Virus record (IMG/VR): IMGVR_UViG_3300012006_000002
Coordinates: 38,767 to 102,766 of that record
Origin: a virus
Direction: 5' to 3' (one strand)
DNA: 64,000 bases
Position numbers and translations under genes: made by a program. This document shows, piece after piece, positions 10,884 to 18,569 of this stretch (the first letter of the stretch is position 1; each line of letters opens with the position of its first letter). The notes below the pieces were generated by a model, which did not search any database, was not told the origin of the DNA, and saw nothing but the letters and a program-made list of their open reading frames with translations.

Positions 10884-11444
10884 TTGTCCGAAGAGAGAAT
10901 TATTAGGATTTTACGGAATATGAGTACTACTATTGATCCGGTAGCAGACTGGATTCAAAAGGAAATTGTTCCTGCCATACAAGAATCAAGTACATTGTTG
11001 TATGAGTTCAGCAGATTGGAATTAAGAGATATTGTTCAGTCACACGAAATGTTGTGGAAACTGATCACTCTGAACCATAGATTGGGGTTATTGTATGCAG
11101 ATTGCATTGAACTCAAAAGCGAATTTGAGACACAGTGCAACGAGGTGCAGTCACAGGTATTGTTGATGCTTGGAGCGCGTTCCGAGTATCGTCTTACCGC
11201 GGAAGCTGCTCGATCAGCGGGAGAATTGGCAAGCAGCAACATCTCGGCATTAACTGCCCTGTATCCCAATGTTGCAAAAATGCTCTCTTCAATTATTCCC
11301 GGCGAAGAGCCTAGACGAAAATTGAACAAACTTTCCGCAATGGTGGATAAGTTGAAGTCAATTCAGAGGGATGTTCAAGAGTCCATAAATGGAATCAAGC
11401 ATCTCGGAAACAGAGACCTGCAGCATGCTGTACATGGTCTCTAG
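10884..11444 (+). CDS. Hypothetical helical protein
   Basis: 186-aa ORF; start uncertain (TTG 10884 or ATG 10920). Confidence 0.55.
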   Translation: MSEERIIRILRNMSTTIDPVADWIQKEIVPAIQESSTLLYEFSRLELRDIVQSHEMLWKLITLNHRLGLLYADCIELKSEFETQCNEVQSQVLLMLGARSEYRLTAEAARSAGELASSNISALTALYPNVAKMLSSIIPGEEPRRKLNKLSAMVDKLKSIQRDVQESINGIKHLGNRDLQHAVHGL

Positions 11445-11465
11445 TAATTTATTACTGGAGTTAAT

Positions 11466-11981
11466 ATGCCTTCATTCAAAGAACTCTACGAGCCTGTTGC
11501 AAGATTGGCTGCAAGAGAGAACAACATCAACGAGAATATTTTTTGTGGTTTGATTACCATAGAAAGTAAATGGAACCCAAATGCAGTCAACCCGGACTCT
11601 GGTGCTGCAGGTATTGCTCAGATCATGAGGATCTGGCATCCCGGAGTGAATGTTTTCAATCCTATTGAATCCTTGTACTATTCAGCAAAATTAATACGAT
11701 CATATTTGAATGTATTCAATGGTGATTACGACTGGGCATTGGCGGCGTATCACATGGGAATCTCTACGGTAACATCCATGCATACTACATCGGGACAGTT
11801 ACCATTTTACGAGTTACGTAATTACGTCTATCCTGTGAATCAATTAGCAATGGAATGCGTCATTCATCAGCCAGTATCAACGCTTATCCCCTCAGTGATG
11901 CCTAGCGTTACTCCTGAGGCGTCCTTGCTTGATCCCCTGTATCTTCTTCTTCCATTGTTGTTTGCCTTGCTTAAACAATAG
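11466..11981 (+). CDS. Lytic transglycosylase (SLT domain) with hydrophobic C-terminus
   Basis: IESKWNPNAV, GAAGIAQIM and ALAAYHMG SLT motifs. Confidence 0.85.
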   Translation: MPSFKELYEPVARLAARENNINENIFCGLITIESKWNPNAVNPDSGAAGIAQIMRIWHPGVNVFNPIESLYYSAKLIRSYLNVFNGDYDWALAAYHMGISTVTSMHTTSGQLPFYELRNYVYPVNQLAMECVIHQPVSTLIPSVMPSVTPEASLLDPLYLLLPLLFALLKQ

Positions 11982-11983
11982 AT

Positions 11984-12259
11984 TTATCCTCTCGGCGCAA
12001 TTTCTCGCGAAAGAGGGGTTGCGTCGGTTGATCTGGTATCGGTCGAGCTTTCAGAAGCTGCATTTTTTGCCCGGAGACTTGTGCTGTAGAATGTTCCCGT
12101 AGCCGCACCGACGACACCAGTAAGGACCGGGATAGCTCCGGGATTTTCTACTACTACGGCAAGATAAATAATTGCCAATATGGACAAAAACCCAATAACA
12201 ACACCAGCGTACTCAAAAATTGTCGGCGGCTCTTGAAGTTTCATTATGTTACTCCTCAT
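11984..12259 (-). CDS. Small two-TM membrane protein (holin-like)
   Basis: Two hydrophobic segments; SD GAGGAG present. Confidence 0.5.
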   Translation of the reverse strand: MRSNIMKLQEPPTIFEYAGVVIGFLSILAIIYLAVVVENPGAIPVLTGVVGAATGTFYSTSLRAKNAASESSTDTRSTDATPLSREIAPRG

Positions 12260-12299
12260 TTATAGTATATAATTATACTTAATAAATACAGTGCCTTTT

Positions 12300-12386
12300 G
12301 CTGGGATGATGAAATCGGTAGACATACCTGACTTAAAATCAGGAGGCGGACATTCCGTCGTGCGGGTTCGAGTCCCGCTCCCAGCA
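12300..12386 (+). tRNA. tRNA-Leu (anticodon TAA)
   Basis: Acceptor stem GCTGGGA/TCCCAGC; D-loop GGTA; anticodon arm CCTGA-CTTAAAA-TCAGG; long variable arm; T arm GCGGG-TTCGAGT-CCCGC; discriminator A; CCA not fully encoded. Confidence 0.95.
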
Positions 12387-12388
12387 CC

Positions 12389-12417
12389 TTGCTAGAGTTG
12401 ATTCCGTCTGCTATACT
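12389..12417 (+). promoter_or_regulatory. sigma70-type promoter
   Basis: TTGCTA-N17-TATACT with TGn extension. Confidence 0.6.
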
Positions 12418-12434
12418 GTAGGCAGGAGGACACG

Positions 12435-12749
12435 ATGAATAATTGGCGCGAAAATGATGAACGAGTCATCACAGCCAAGGATACTCAAGACGCACTTCGC
12501 ATCATTGCGCTTGCGCAGCGTGGGCATGGTTTGACGAGGTTCAGGATTATTGATGAACCCGGCTCCGGCCCTCTGGTTGACGAAATCAACAAGTGTGCCG
12601 CAGGATGGGGTGTCGGATACGACACGCTAGAGAAGTATCGCCAGTTCCTGAACAAATCCCGCCCCGGCCACGGGCTTCGCATTACCATTGATCCGATGTG
12701 TTACCGGCGAGGCGCAGACTTGATCCGCTCTCTGAAGGGGTTCATCTAG
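12435..12749 (+). CDS. Hypothetical protein
   Basis: 104 aa; SD AGGAGG. Confidence 0.7.
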   Translation: MNNWRENDERVITAKDTQDALRIIALAQRGHGLTRFRIIDEPGSGPLVDEINKCAAGWGVGYDTLEKYRQFLNKSRPGHGLRITIDPMCYRRGADLIRSLKGFI

Positions 12750-12756
12750 ATCGGGC

Positions 12757-12785
12757 TTGACAAGCGTTCCCGCTTGGCTTATAGT
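12757..12785 (+). promoter_or_regulatory. Near-consensus sigma70 promoter driving a non-coding transcript
   Basis: TTGACA-N17-TATAGT. Confidence 0.8.
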
Positions 12786-12790
12786 TGAGA

Positions 12791-12935
12791 TGTCGCGTCG
12801 GCATCCCCCTTGCTAACCAGTTGCCTTACTGGGGACGCGACAAGGCAGCGCAGATACAGAGCCTGTAGTTCTGTAGATTCGTTGTCTACCCGCCTGAATC
12901 CCCTTCGGTTTGGAACAAGACCGAAGGGGATTTTG
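12791..12935 (+). ncRNA. Candidate structured small RNA (~145 nt)
   Basis: Lies between a consensus promoter and a terminator, with no SD-led ORF; several nested stems containing G-U pairs. Confidence 0.6.
12897..12935 (+). terminator. Intrinsic terminator
   Basis: AATCCCCTTCGGT...ACCGAAGGGGATT followed by TTGCTTT. Confidence 0.8.
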
Positions 12936-12973
12936 CTTTCAGTTTCTGACAATTTCCCAGTATTCGCTCGATG

Positions 12974-13002
12974 TTGACGAAACCGTCTGCATTGTGTATA
13001 CT
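12974..13002 (+). promoter_or_regulatory. sigma70 promoter overlapping dyad GACG-N4-CGTC
   Basis: TTGACG-N17-TATACT; GACGAAACCGTC at 12976-12987. Confidence 0.75.
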
Positions 13003-13053
13003 TGATGCAGGTGGCCCGCCCAAGCCGGAGTCGCCAGAAAGAAGGAAGGCACG

Positions 13054-13605
13054 ATGCCCTGCCACGACATTCTTATTGAAACAGCAATCAAGCAAGTGAC
13101 CAATGAACAGATCAGCGAGACTGTTCCGATGTGGGACATGATGGCATCTGTCCTTACCATTGATGTTCCCAATGATTTTGGCGCTCGTCCAAATTACGAA
13201 AACAATTTGGTTCTTTATCGAATGGCCGGAGGGTCACTAGATGCAGAACTTGTGCAGCGATACCAGCAGTCCTACGTTGCGCGACAGATCTTTGCCGCAC
13301 TGGAAGCAGACGGCTACGAAATGCACGCCTACGTCTCTCCTGATCATGAGGGAACTTGGGTCATTAACGCCAGAGATGTGACTCGAAACGCAACCATCGG
13401 CGTTGTTGTCTACAAGACTCTTGAATTTGAGATTGATTTTCTCGATGTACTTCATGATGATTCTGTCTGGCTCGTGGGCGGTGAATTTGGTCGAGTCATA
13501 GAGAAAGTCCAAGCAATGGGACTTGCGACAGAAGTTGTTAAAATGGACATTGACAACAACGCAAAAGCAATATATTCACAAGAATCAAACGCTTTGTATT
13601 CATAA
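13054..13605 (+). CDS. Hypothetical protein
   Basis: 183 aa; SD GAAGG. Confidence 0.7.
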   Translation: MPCHDILIETAIKQVTNEQISETVPMWDMMASVLTIDVPNDFGARPNYENNLVLYRMAGGSLDAELVQRYQQSYVARQIFAALEADGYEMHAYVSPDHEGTWVINARDVTRNATIGVVVYKTLEFEIDFLDVLHDDSVWLVGGEFGRVIEKVQAMGLATEVVKMDIDNNAKAIYSQESNALYS

Positions 13606-13623
13606 AATAGAAGGTAAAATAAA

Positions 13624-14559
13624 ATGGACGCCAAACACAAAGAACGCGCACTCATTGTTTCGGATATTCACAGTAACGCACATGCATTGCGCGCAGTTAT
13701 TGATGATGCAACCAAGGCATTAAAGGGAAGGAAAAATTTTCACGCATCAGGGCTTCCGTTTCACGAAATCTGGTGCGTTGGCGATCTTGTTGGCTACGGA
13801 CCTGAGCCGAACGAAGTCATTGACATGCTGCGCAAATTTCAAAAAGAAGGCATTGCTGTTCACGCGGTAAAGGGAAACCACGATACTGCTGTCGCTGGAA
13901 TAACAAATGCAAGAGATCACATGCACACGGCAGCAGCTCAGTGTGCAGAACATAATGCCTCAATCATAACTCCAGAAAATCAGCGTTGGCTTGCAAGTCT
14001 TCCAGATACTGCTCAAGTTGGCCCAAAGATCGAAAATCCTGCTGGATTAACTGGAAGCCGAAGCATGTTCACGCTTGCTCACGGAACTCCAGACAGTCCG
14101 CAGGGAACGTATGCAGATTCATATGAATCCGCGCTTTACGGATTAGATCATCTTGATGCGGATCATGAACACACTCCGTATACTCCTCATGTCATTGTTG
14201 GTCATACGCATGATCCGAGGGCTTTTCAGTTTGATCCGGATCATATCGTCGAACACCCTGCCGAAGATGGATCATTTCCATTCCTTGGTCCTGCAGCAAA
14301 TGATTATTCCTTGTTGCACAATGACAAATTGCACATCTTGAATAATCAAGGAAACGGCCGATTCGTGATCAATCCCGGCAGTGTCGGGCAGCCTCGCGAT
14401 CACGACCCGCGTGCATCCTACGGAATTGCTGAAGTAACTGCTTCGGGTATTCGCATCATGCACCGCAGGACTCCTTACGATGTTCCGTCCGTTCAAAAGA
14501 AGATGAAAGCCGAGGGTCTGCCCGCCTCGATGTACCAACGTCTTTCCCTTGGGCGCTAA
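13624..14559 (+). CDS. Metallophosphoesterase (YfcE/ApaH/PPP-like)
   Basis: SDIHSN, GDLVGYGP, GNHD, HG, GHTH and NPGSVGQPRD motifs. Confidence 0.9.
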   Translation: MDAKHKERALIVSDIHSNAHALRAVIDDATKALKGRKNFHASGLPFHEIWCVGDLVGYGPEPNEVIDMLRKFQKEGIAVHAVKGNHDTAVAGITNARDHMHTAAAQCAEHNASIITPENQRWLASLPDTAQVGPKIENPAGLTGSRSMFTLAHGTPDSPQGTYADSYESALYGLDHLDADHEHTPYTPHVIVGHTHDPRAFQFDPDHIVEHPAEDGSFPFLGPAANDYSLLHNDKLHILNNQGNGRFVINPGSVGQPRDHDPRASYGIAEVTASGIRIMHRRTPYDVPSVQKKMKAEGLPASMYQRLSLGR

Positions 14560-14572
14560 ATATCTTTTCCCC

Positions 14573-14601
14573 TTGACATAGACGAACCCGTCGTATACAC
14601 T
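14573..14601 (+). promoter_or_regulatory. sigma70 promoter with dyad in spacer
   Basis: TTGACA-N17-TACACT; GACGAACCCGTC at 14581-14592; followed by the GGCGGGAATCCCGCC leader hairpin. Confidence 0.8.
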
Positions 14602-14651
14602 TGTTCTAGGCGGGAATCCCGCCCAAGGACTCTCCGAAAGGAACTACTCTT

Positions 14652-16580
14652 ATGGCCAGTACCGAAATTGCTCCCAGCCCCGAGTGGGCAAAGACCGTCG
14701 TCAAGAAGTACCTCACTGGAGAAGGCCATGCCTACCTTCTCTATGGGCCGGGAATTCATGACATCAGCGCCTTGTCCTACGACCTGCACGCCAATCTGTA
14801 TCACACGTTTGGCAACAAGGCGACGCCCAACAAGCCCGTGCAACTTGACTTCGATATCGTTGTTCGTTACGACCGCGTTGCTGGGTTCCGGTTCATTGGA
14901 ACGGAAAAGAAGCGCAGCGATGATCGTGAGCGATTCAAGGCAATCGTCGAGAAGATTCGTGCCAACGCTCCGGCTGGCGCAGCAAACGCAGCAGGAATTC
15001 GCGGAGGAATGTCTAGCGGAATTTCTTCCGCTCCAAAGTCGGATATCTTGGAACAATCCAAGAATCCTGCACTCGCCATTCCGCTATTGACTGACGCGCT
15101 TTCTCAAAGCGAAGTGCGACTGTGCGTTATTCTGGATGAGTTCCAGAGTATTTGTCCTCGTGGCGATTGGGACAAGATTGGCGAAATGTTCACCAATTGC
15201 ATTATTGCCGCAAGATCATGGGGTCTGGACTTTGACAACATAGGTGGTCATGGTCGTAAATGGACCAAGGGTGGGGCTGGGCACATTATTATCGGTATAA
15301 CCGATGATAAGTCGGAAATCAATGCCGCCCTCTCAAAGGGACGTAGCATTTCTGGCTGGATTCCGATCAATGTCGGCTTTCCTTCTCCAGTAGAGCGCGA
15401 ATACTATATCTCTGAGAGGGTCATGACCCCGGCATACCTTGAACAGGTCGAGATTGACTTTGGCGACAATGTTGCCGAAGAAGACCGGGCAAAGTGGCTG
15501 GCAAGTGCAACTGGCGGACTGAGTATTCGCGCTATCGAAGACATGCGCCTTGCTGGCGACCGTCACCGCATGCTTACTCGTGACATGGTTCAGAAGATTA
15601 TCAATGAAACCATTTCCGAACAGTTTGCTGGTCAGGGCGGATCCGAGTACCTGACGGTCATCAATCCCACAAAGGGTCTTCGCGACTATGGGTTTCCGGC
15701 GTATCTGATTGAATACATGGAATGGTTTATCAGGCAATTCCGTGCTGGCAAACTCAGGAACGCAAACATCCTTGAGGCTGGCCCTCCCGGCACCGGAAAG
15801 AGCATCCTTGCGTATGCCTTGGCCTACGAACTTGGATACAAGTGCGTTCACTGGAGTCCTGCCCTCACTCAGAGCAAGTGGGTAGGGGATTCGGAGAAGC
15901 AGACGCAGCAGGTGTTGGACTGGGTTGAAGCCAACCTTCCTTGCATGGTTTTCATTGACGAAATCGACGTTGCGCTTACCTCGCGCGATGGCGGCGTTGG
16001 TGATAGCTCCGGGGTTGGATCAAAGATGCTTAGCATCTTGATGCCTTGGCTGGAGCGGGACGAAATCAAGGGCAAACTTCTTCTTGTTGGCGCAACAAAC
16101 CGTGCTGATAACATTGATGCAGCAATGAGGCGTCGCCTGCAGACAGTTCTTCCTATTCTTCCTCCAATGACACCAGAAGATCGTCGAGCGGTATTGGAGA
16201 ATGTTCTTATCCGCGAGCAGGGCATAGATCGCAATTTGATCGAAATCCCAGAAGAAGTTGTTGCAGACGGTGCTACAAAGTGGTACACACAAGCCAACTT
16301 GTCTATTCTTGCTGAGAAGGCAGCGTCTATTGCCTCACGGAAAGGCGATGAGTTTTCATCACGAGTCGGACATTTTCTCCAACTGGCTTCCGCTTCATAC
16401 CGTGTTGATACAACGCGCACGGAAGCACTCTCCTATCTTGCTGCTTCTCAGTCATCTGATACCGACCTTCTTCCTCCGGGCTTTCAAGTGAAGCAGGAGC
16501 GGGAAGTCAAGAAAATCTTGCGAGAGATTGAGGCAGATGATGACGATGAGGTCGGGCCTAGCGAACGGGGAGTTCGCTAG
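14652..16580 (+). CDS. AAA+ ATPase (classical clade, Ycf46/CDC48-like architecture)
   Basis: Walker A GPPGTGKS, Walker B FIDEID, SRH GATNRADNIDAAMRRR; degenerate N-terminal AAA-like domain. Confidence 0.9.
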   Translation: MASTEIAPSPEWAKTVVKKYLTGEGHAYLLYGPGIHDISALSYDLHANLYHTFGNKATPNKPVQLDFDIVVRYDRVAGFRFIGTEKKRSDDRERFKAIVEKIRANAPAGAANAAGIRGGMSSGISSAPKSDILEQSKNPALAIPLLTDALSQSEVRLCVILDEFQSICPRGDWDKIGEMFTNCIIAARSWGLDFDNIGGHGRKWTKGGAGHIIIGITDDKSEINAALSKGRSISGWIPINVGFPSPVEREYYISERVMTPAYLEQVEIDFGDNVAEEDRAKWLASATGGLSIRAIEDMRLAGDRHRMLTRDMVQKIINETISEQFAGQGGSEYLTVINPTKGLRDYGFPAYLIEYMEWFIRQFRAGKLRNANILEAGPPGTGKSILAYALAYELGYKCVHWSPALTQSKWVGDSEKQTQQVLDWVEANLPCMVFIDEIDVALTSRDGGVGDSSGVGSKMLSILMPWLERDEIKGKLLLVGATNRADNIDAAMRRRLQTVLPILPPMTPEDRRAVLENVLIREQGIDRNLIEIPEEVVADGATKWYTQANLSILAEKAASIASRKGDEFSSRVGHFLQLASASYRVDTTRTEALSYLAASQSSDTDLLPPGFQVKQEREVKKILREIEADDDDEVGPSERGVR

Positions 16581-16606
16581 GCCACACTGCCCCGAAAGGA
16601 ATTATC

Positions 16607-16930
16607 ATGAGTACTTTTAAAAACAACACGTCGCTGCCAATATTCAGAGATCCAAAATTTCAAGATATGTTAGTCAAACAATTTGAATACTCTATGAAAT
16701 CAAATATAGAAGAATTATTCAATGCAATTGAAGAAATGATGAATCTAGATCATATGAAAAATCCAAAGTATACATCTGATGTGTATGACAAAATAGCAAA
16801 AGCAACACATAATCTCAGATTCCGATTGATTCATTCACTTCCTGATTATCAAATTGACGACACTGTCGACCAAATTGTGTCGCAGATCATGGATAGTCTT
16901 TCCAATATGCCGACCGAATACCCCCACTGA
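16607..16930 (+). CDS. Hypothetical protein
   Basis: 107 aa; SD AAGGA. Confidence 0.6.
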   Translation: MSTFKNNTSLPIFRDPKFQDMLVKQFEYSMKSNIEELFNAIEEMMNLDHMKNPKYTSDVYDKIAKATHNLRFRLIHSLPDYQIDDTVDQIVSQIMDSLSNMPTEYPH

Positions 16931-16931
16931 C

Positions 16932-16960
16932 TTGACACCGACGAATCCGTCTGATAGTAT
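16932..16960 (+). promoter_or_regulatory. sigma70 promoter with dyad in spacer
   Basis: TTGACA-N17-TAGTAT; GACGAATCCGTC at 16940-16951. Confidence 0.8.
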
Positions 16961-16995
16961 TATCTTGTGGGCACTGCCCCGGAACTGGAGAAAAA

Positions 16996-18525
16996 ATGAC
17001 CGTTACTCTTACGAACCCGCAAACCCTAGAAGAACAGTCCGAATCGCTACGCCAGCAACTTGGGCTGGAGGTGGCTCCCAAAATCATCAATCCTGATTCA
17101 GTCACAAAGATTTTTGAATCCGGCGTCTTGGCAAATGTTCGCGTGACCGCTGAGCGATTCAACTTTTCCATCAAGTTGTCTGACTTGGGAATTGTTCCTA
17201 CTCGCGAAAACCGAAAGGAAAAGTTGGTTAGCGCCATCGACTCGGTTCTCAGAAATTCTCAGCGCGCATCTTTGCTGCCCAAGGATGAAATGTTCCATTA
17301 CGTGGATGGCAAGAAAGTTGCCATTCCCATGCCAGAGATTACTGACCGGGCTGTAAGGTTCTTGTTTCCCACTCGCTACGACGAGGATAAGGGACCGGCT
17401 TCTGCTTCTGAAGCATCATGGGATGCCATTCCATTGTATGGAATGACTTTCATTCCGCTCGCTTCTTGGGTTCGCTGGAGCAAGCAGTATGAAGAGGCGA
17501 AGACAGAGCATCTTCGTGCGGCACAACTCATCGTTGATAACTATGATCGACTGAGGAGTGCATCAGTCAATCATTACGTGCAGATTGCCCTTGATGTGTA
17601 CAACCGGCTTCAGAAGACTGCGCCTCAGCAATTGACGCGCACTATCCAGTTGAATGACCTTACAGCGCGACGCTTTGGCGGAACCGCTGGCGAGTCAATG
17701 GAGGTGCAGATCACACCTGTCCAGTGGGTGCGTCGCTGGAAGCGTGTTGTTCTTCGCGCTTGGCCCACCAAGCAAGATATCATCAATAAGTATCGAGTAG
17801 ATGCCAAGTTTTTTTGGGCACCTCTGCCGTCCAAGGTTGCCGAAGACCGCATTCTTGCTGATGAAAAGATTCGGAATCGAAACTCTGAAAATACTGCAAT
17901 CAGTCAGATCAGGGATGTTGTGAATAGCACCATGTCTTCTCAGGCGCATGAACTTACAGTGTCTTATGTCAGAACTATCGTAGAGCGCACCGAGATGGTT
18001 TTTCTTGGATTTCTCAACTTTGTTCAGAATGACAATCGTGCAATTTCTCCCAGACAGTTAAATGCAGTACTCCGTGTCGTAGATATGATCAGCCAGATGA
18101 CAGCGGATGTGTCTGGACTTGATGGAATCAAGCGTCAGGCGGAATTGATCGAGGCATATGTCGAGCAAAGCAAGTCGCTATTAGCTTCATCTTCGAACAA
18201 GAAGGGTCGCAAGTCTACTGCTGAGGAAATTTCCAAGGATCTTCCGAGCATTATTGCACAAGCAGTTCAGATCGTTCGCGAAGAGGCCGAGTCACTTATC
18301 GGATTCGAAGCGCGCCGGACAGTGTACTCAGCCGAAGACCCGATGCAAATTCTTGCCTCCATAAACTCTTCCCAGTCAGGTCAGTCTCCAGTTGTTCGTC
18401 GCGCGTCAGTCAGCACAGAGGATGACGCTGTCGAATTTATCGAATGGGAAGATACTGACGCCCACGAGCCGCTGCCTCTCGATGAGCAGGAAGATGAACT
18501 TGCCGCAGTCCGCCGCGTGCGATAA
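16996..18525 (+). CDS. Hypothetical helical protein (possibly DUF3150-like)
   Basis: 509 aa; SD GGAG; family assignment is tentative. Confidence 0.65.
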   Translation: MTVTLTNPQTLEEQSESLRQQLGLEVAPKIINPDSVTKIFESGVLANVRVTAERFNFSIKLSDLGIVPTRENRKEKLVSAIDSVLRNSQRASLLPKDEMFHYVDGKKVAIPMPEITDRAVRFLFPTRYDEDKGPASASEASWDAIPLYGMTFIPLASWVRWSKQYEEAKTEHLRAAQLIVDNYDRLRSASVNHYVQIALDVYNRLQKTAPQQLTRTIQLNDLTARRFGGTAGESMEVQITPVQWVRRWKRVVLRAWPTKQDIINKYRVDAKFFWAPLPSKVAEDRILADEKIRNRNSENTAISQIRDVVNSTMSSQAHELTVSYVRTIVERTEMVFLGFLNFVQNDNRAISPRQLNAVLRVVDMISQMTADVSGLDGIKRQAELIEAYVEQSKSLLASSSNKKGRKSTAEEISKDLPSIIAQAVQIVREEAESLIGFEARRTVYSAEDPMQILASINSSQSGQSPVVRRASVSTEDDAVEFIEWEDTDAHEPLPLDEQEDELAAVRRVR

Positions 18526-18569
18526 TCTTTCCCGCGGGGCTGGATCCAGCCCCGCACTCACCGAGGGGG

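Noticed and set aside
12791-12895. HDV-like/theta or hammerhead ribozyme call for the sRNA
   Set aside because: Could not place a P2 helix and catalytic C, or a CUGAnGA/GAAA core, and it is not adjacent to the tRNA 3' end. Left as unclassified ncRNA.
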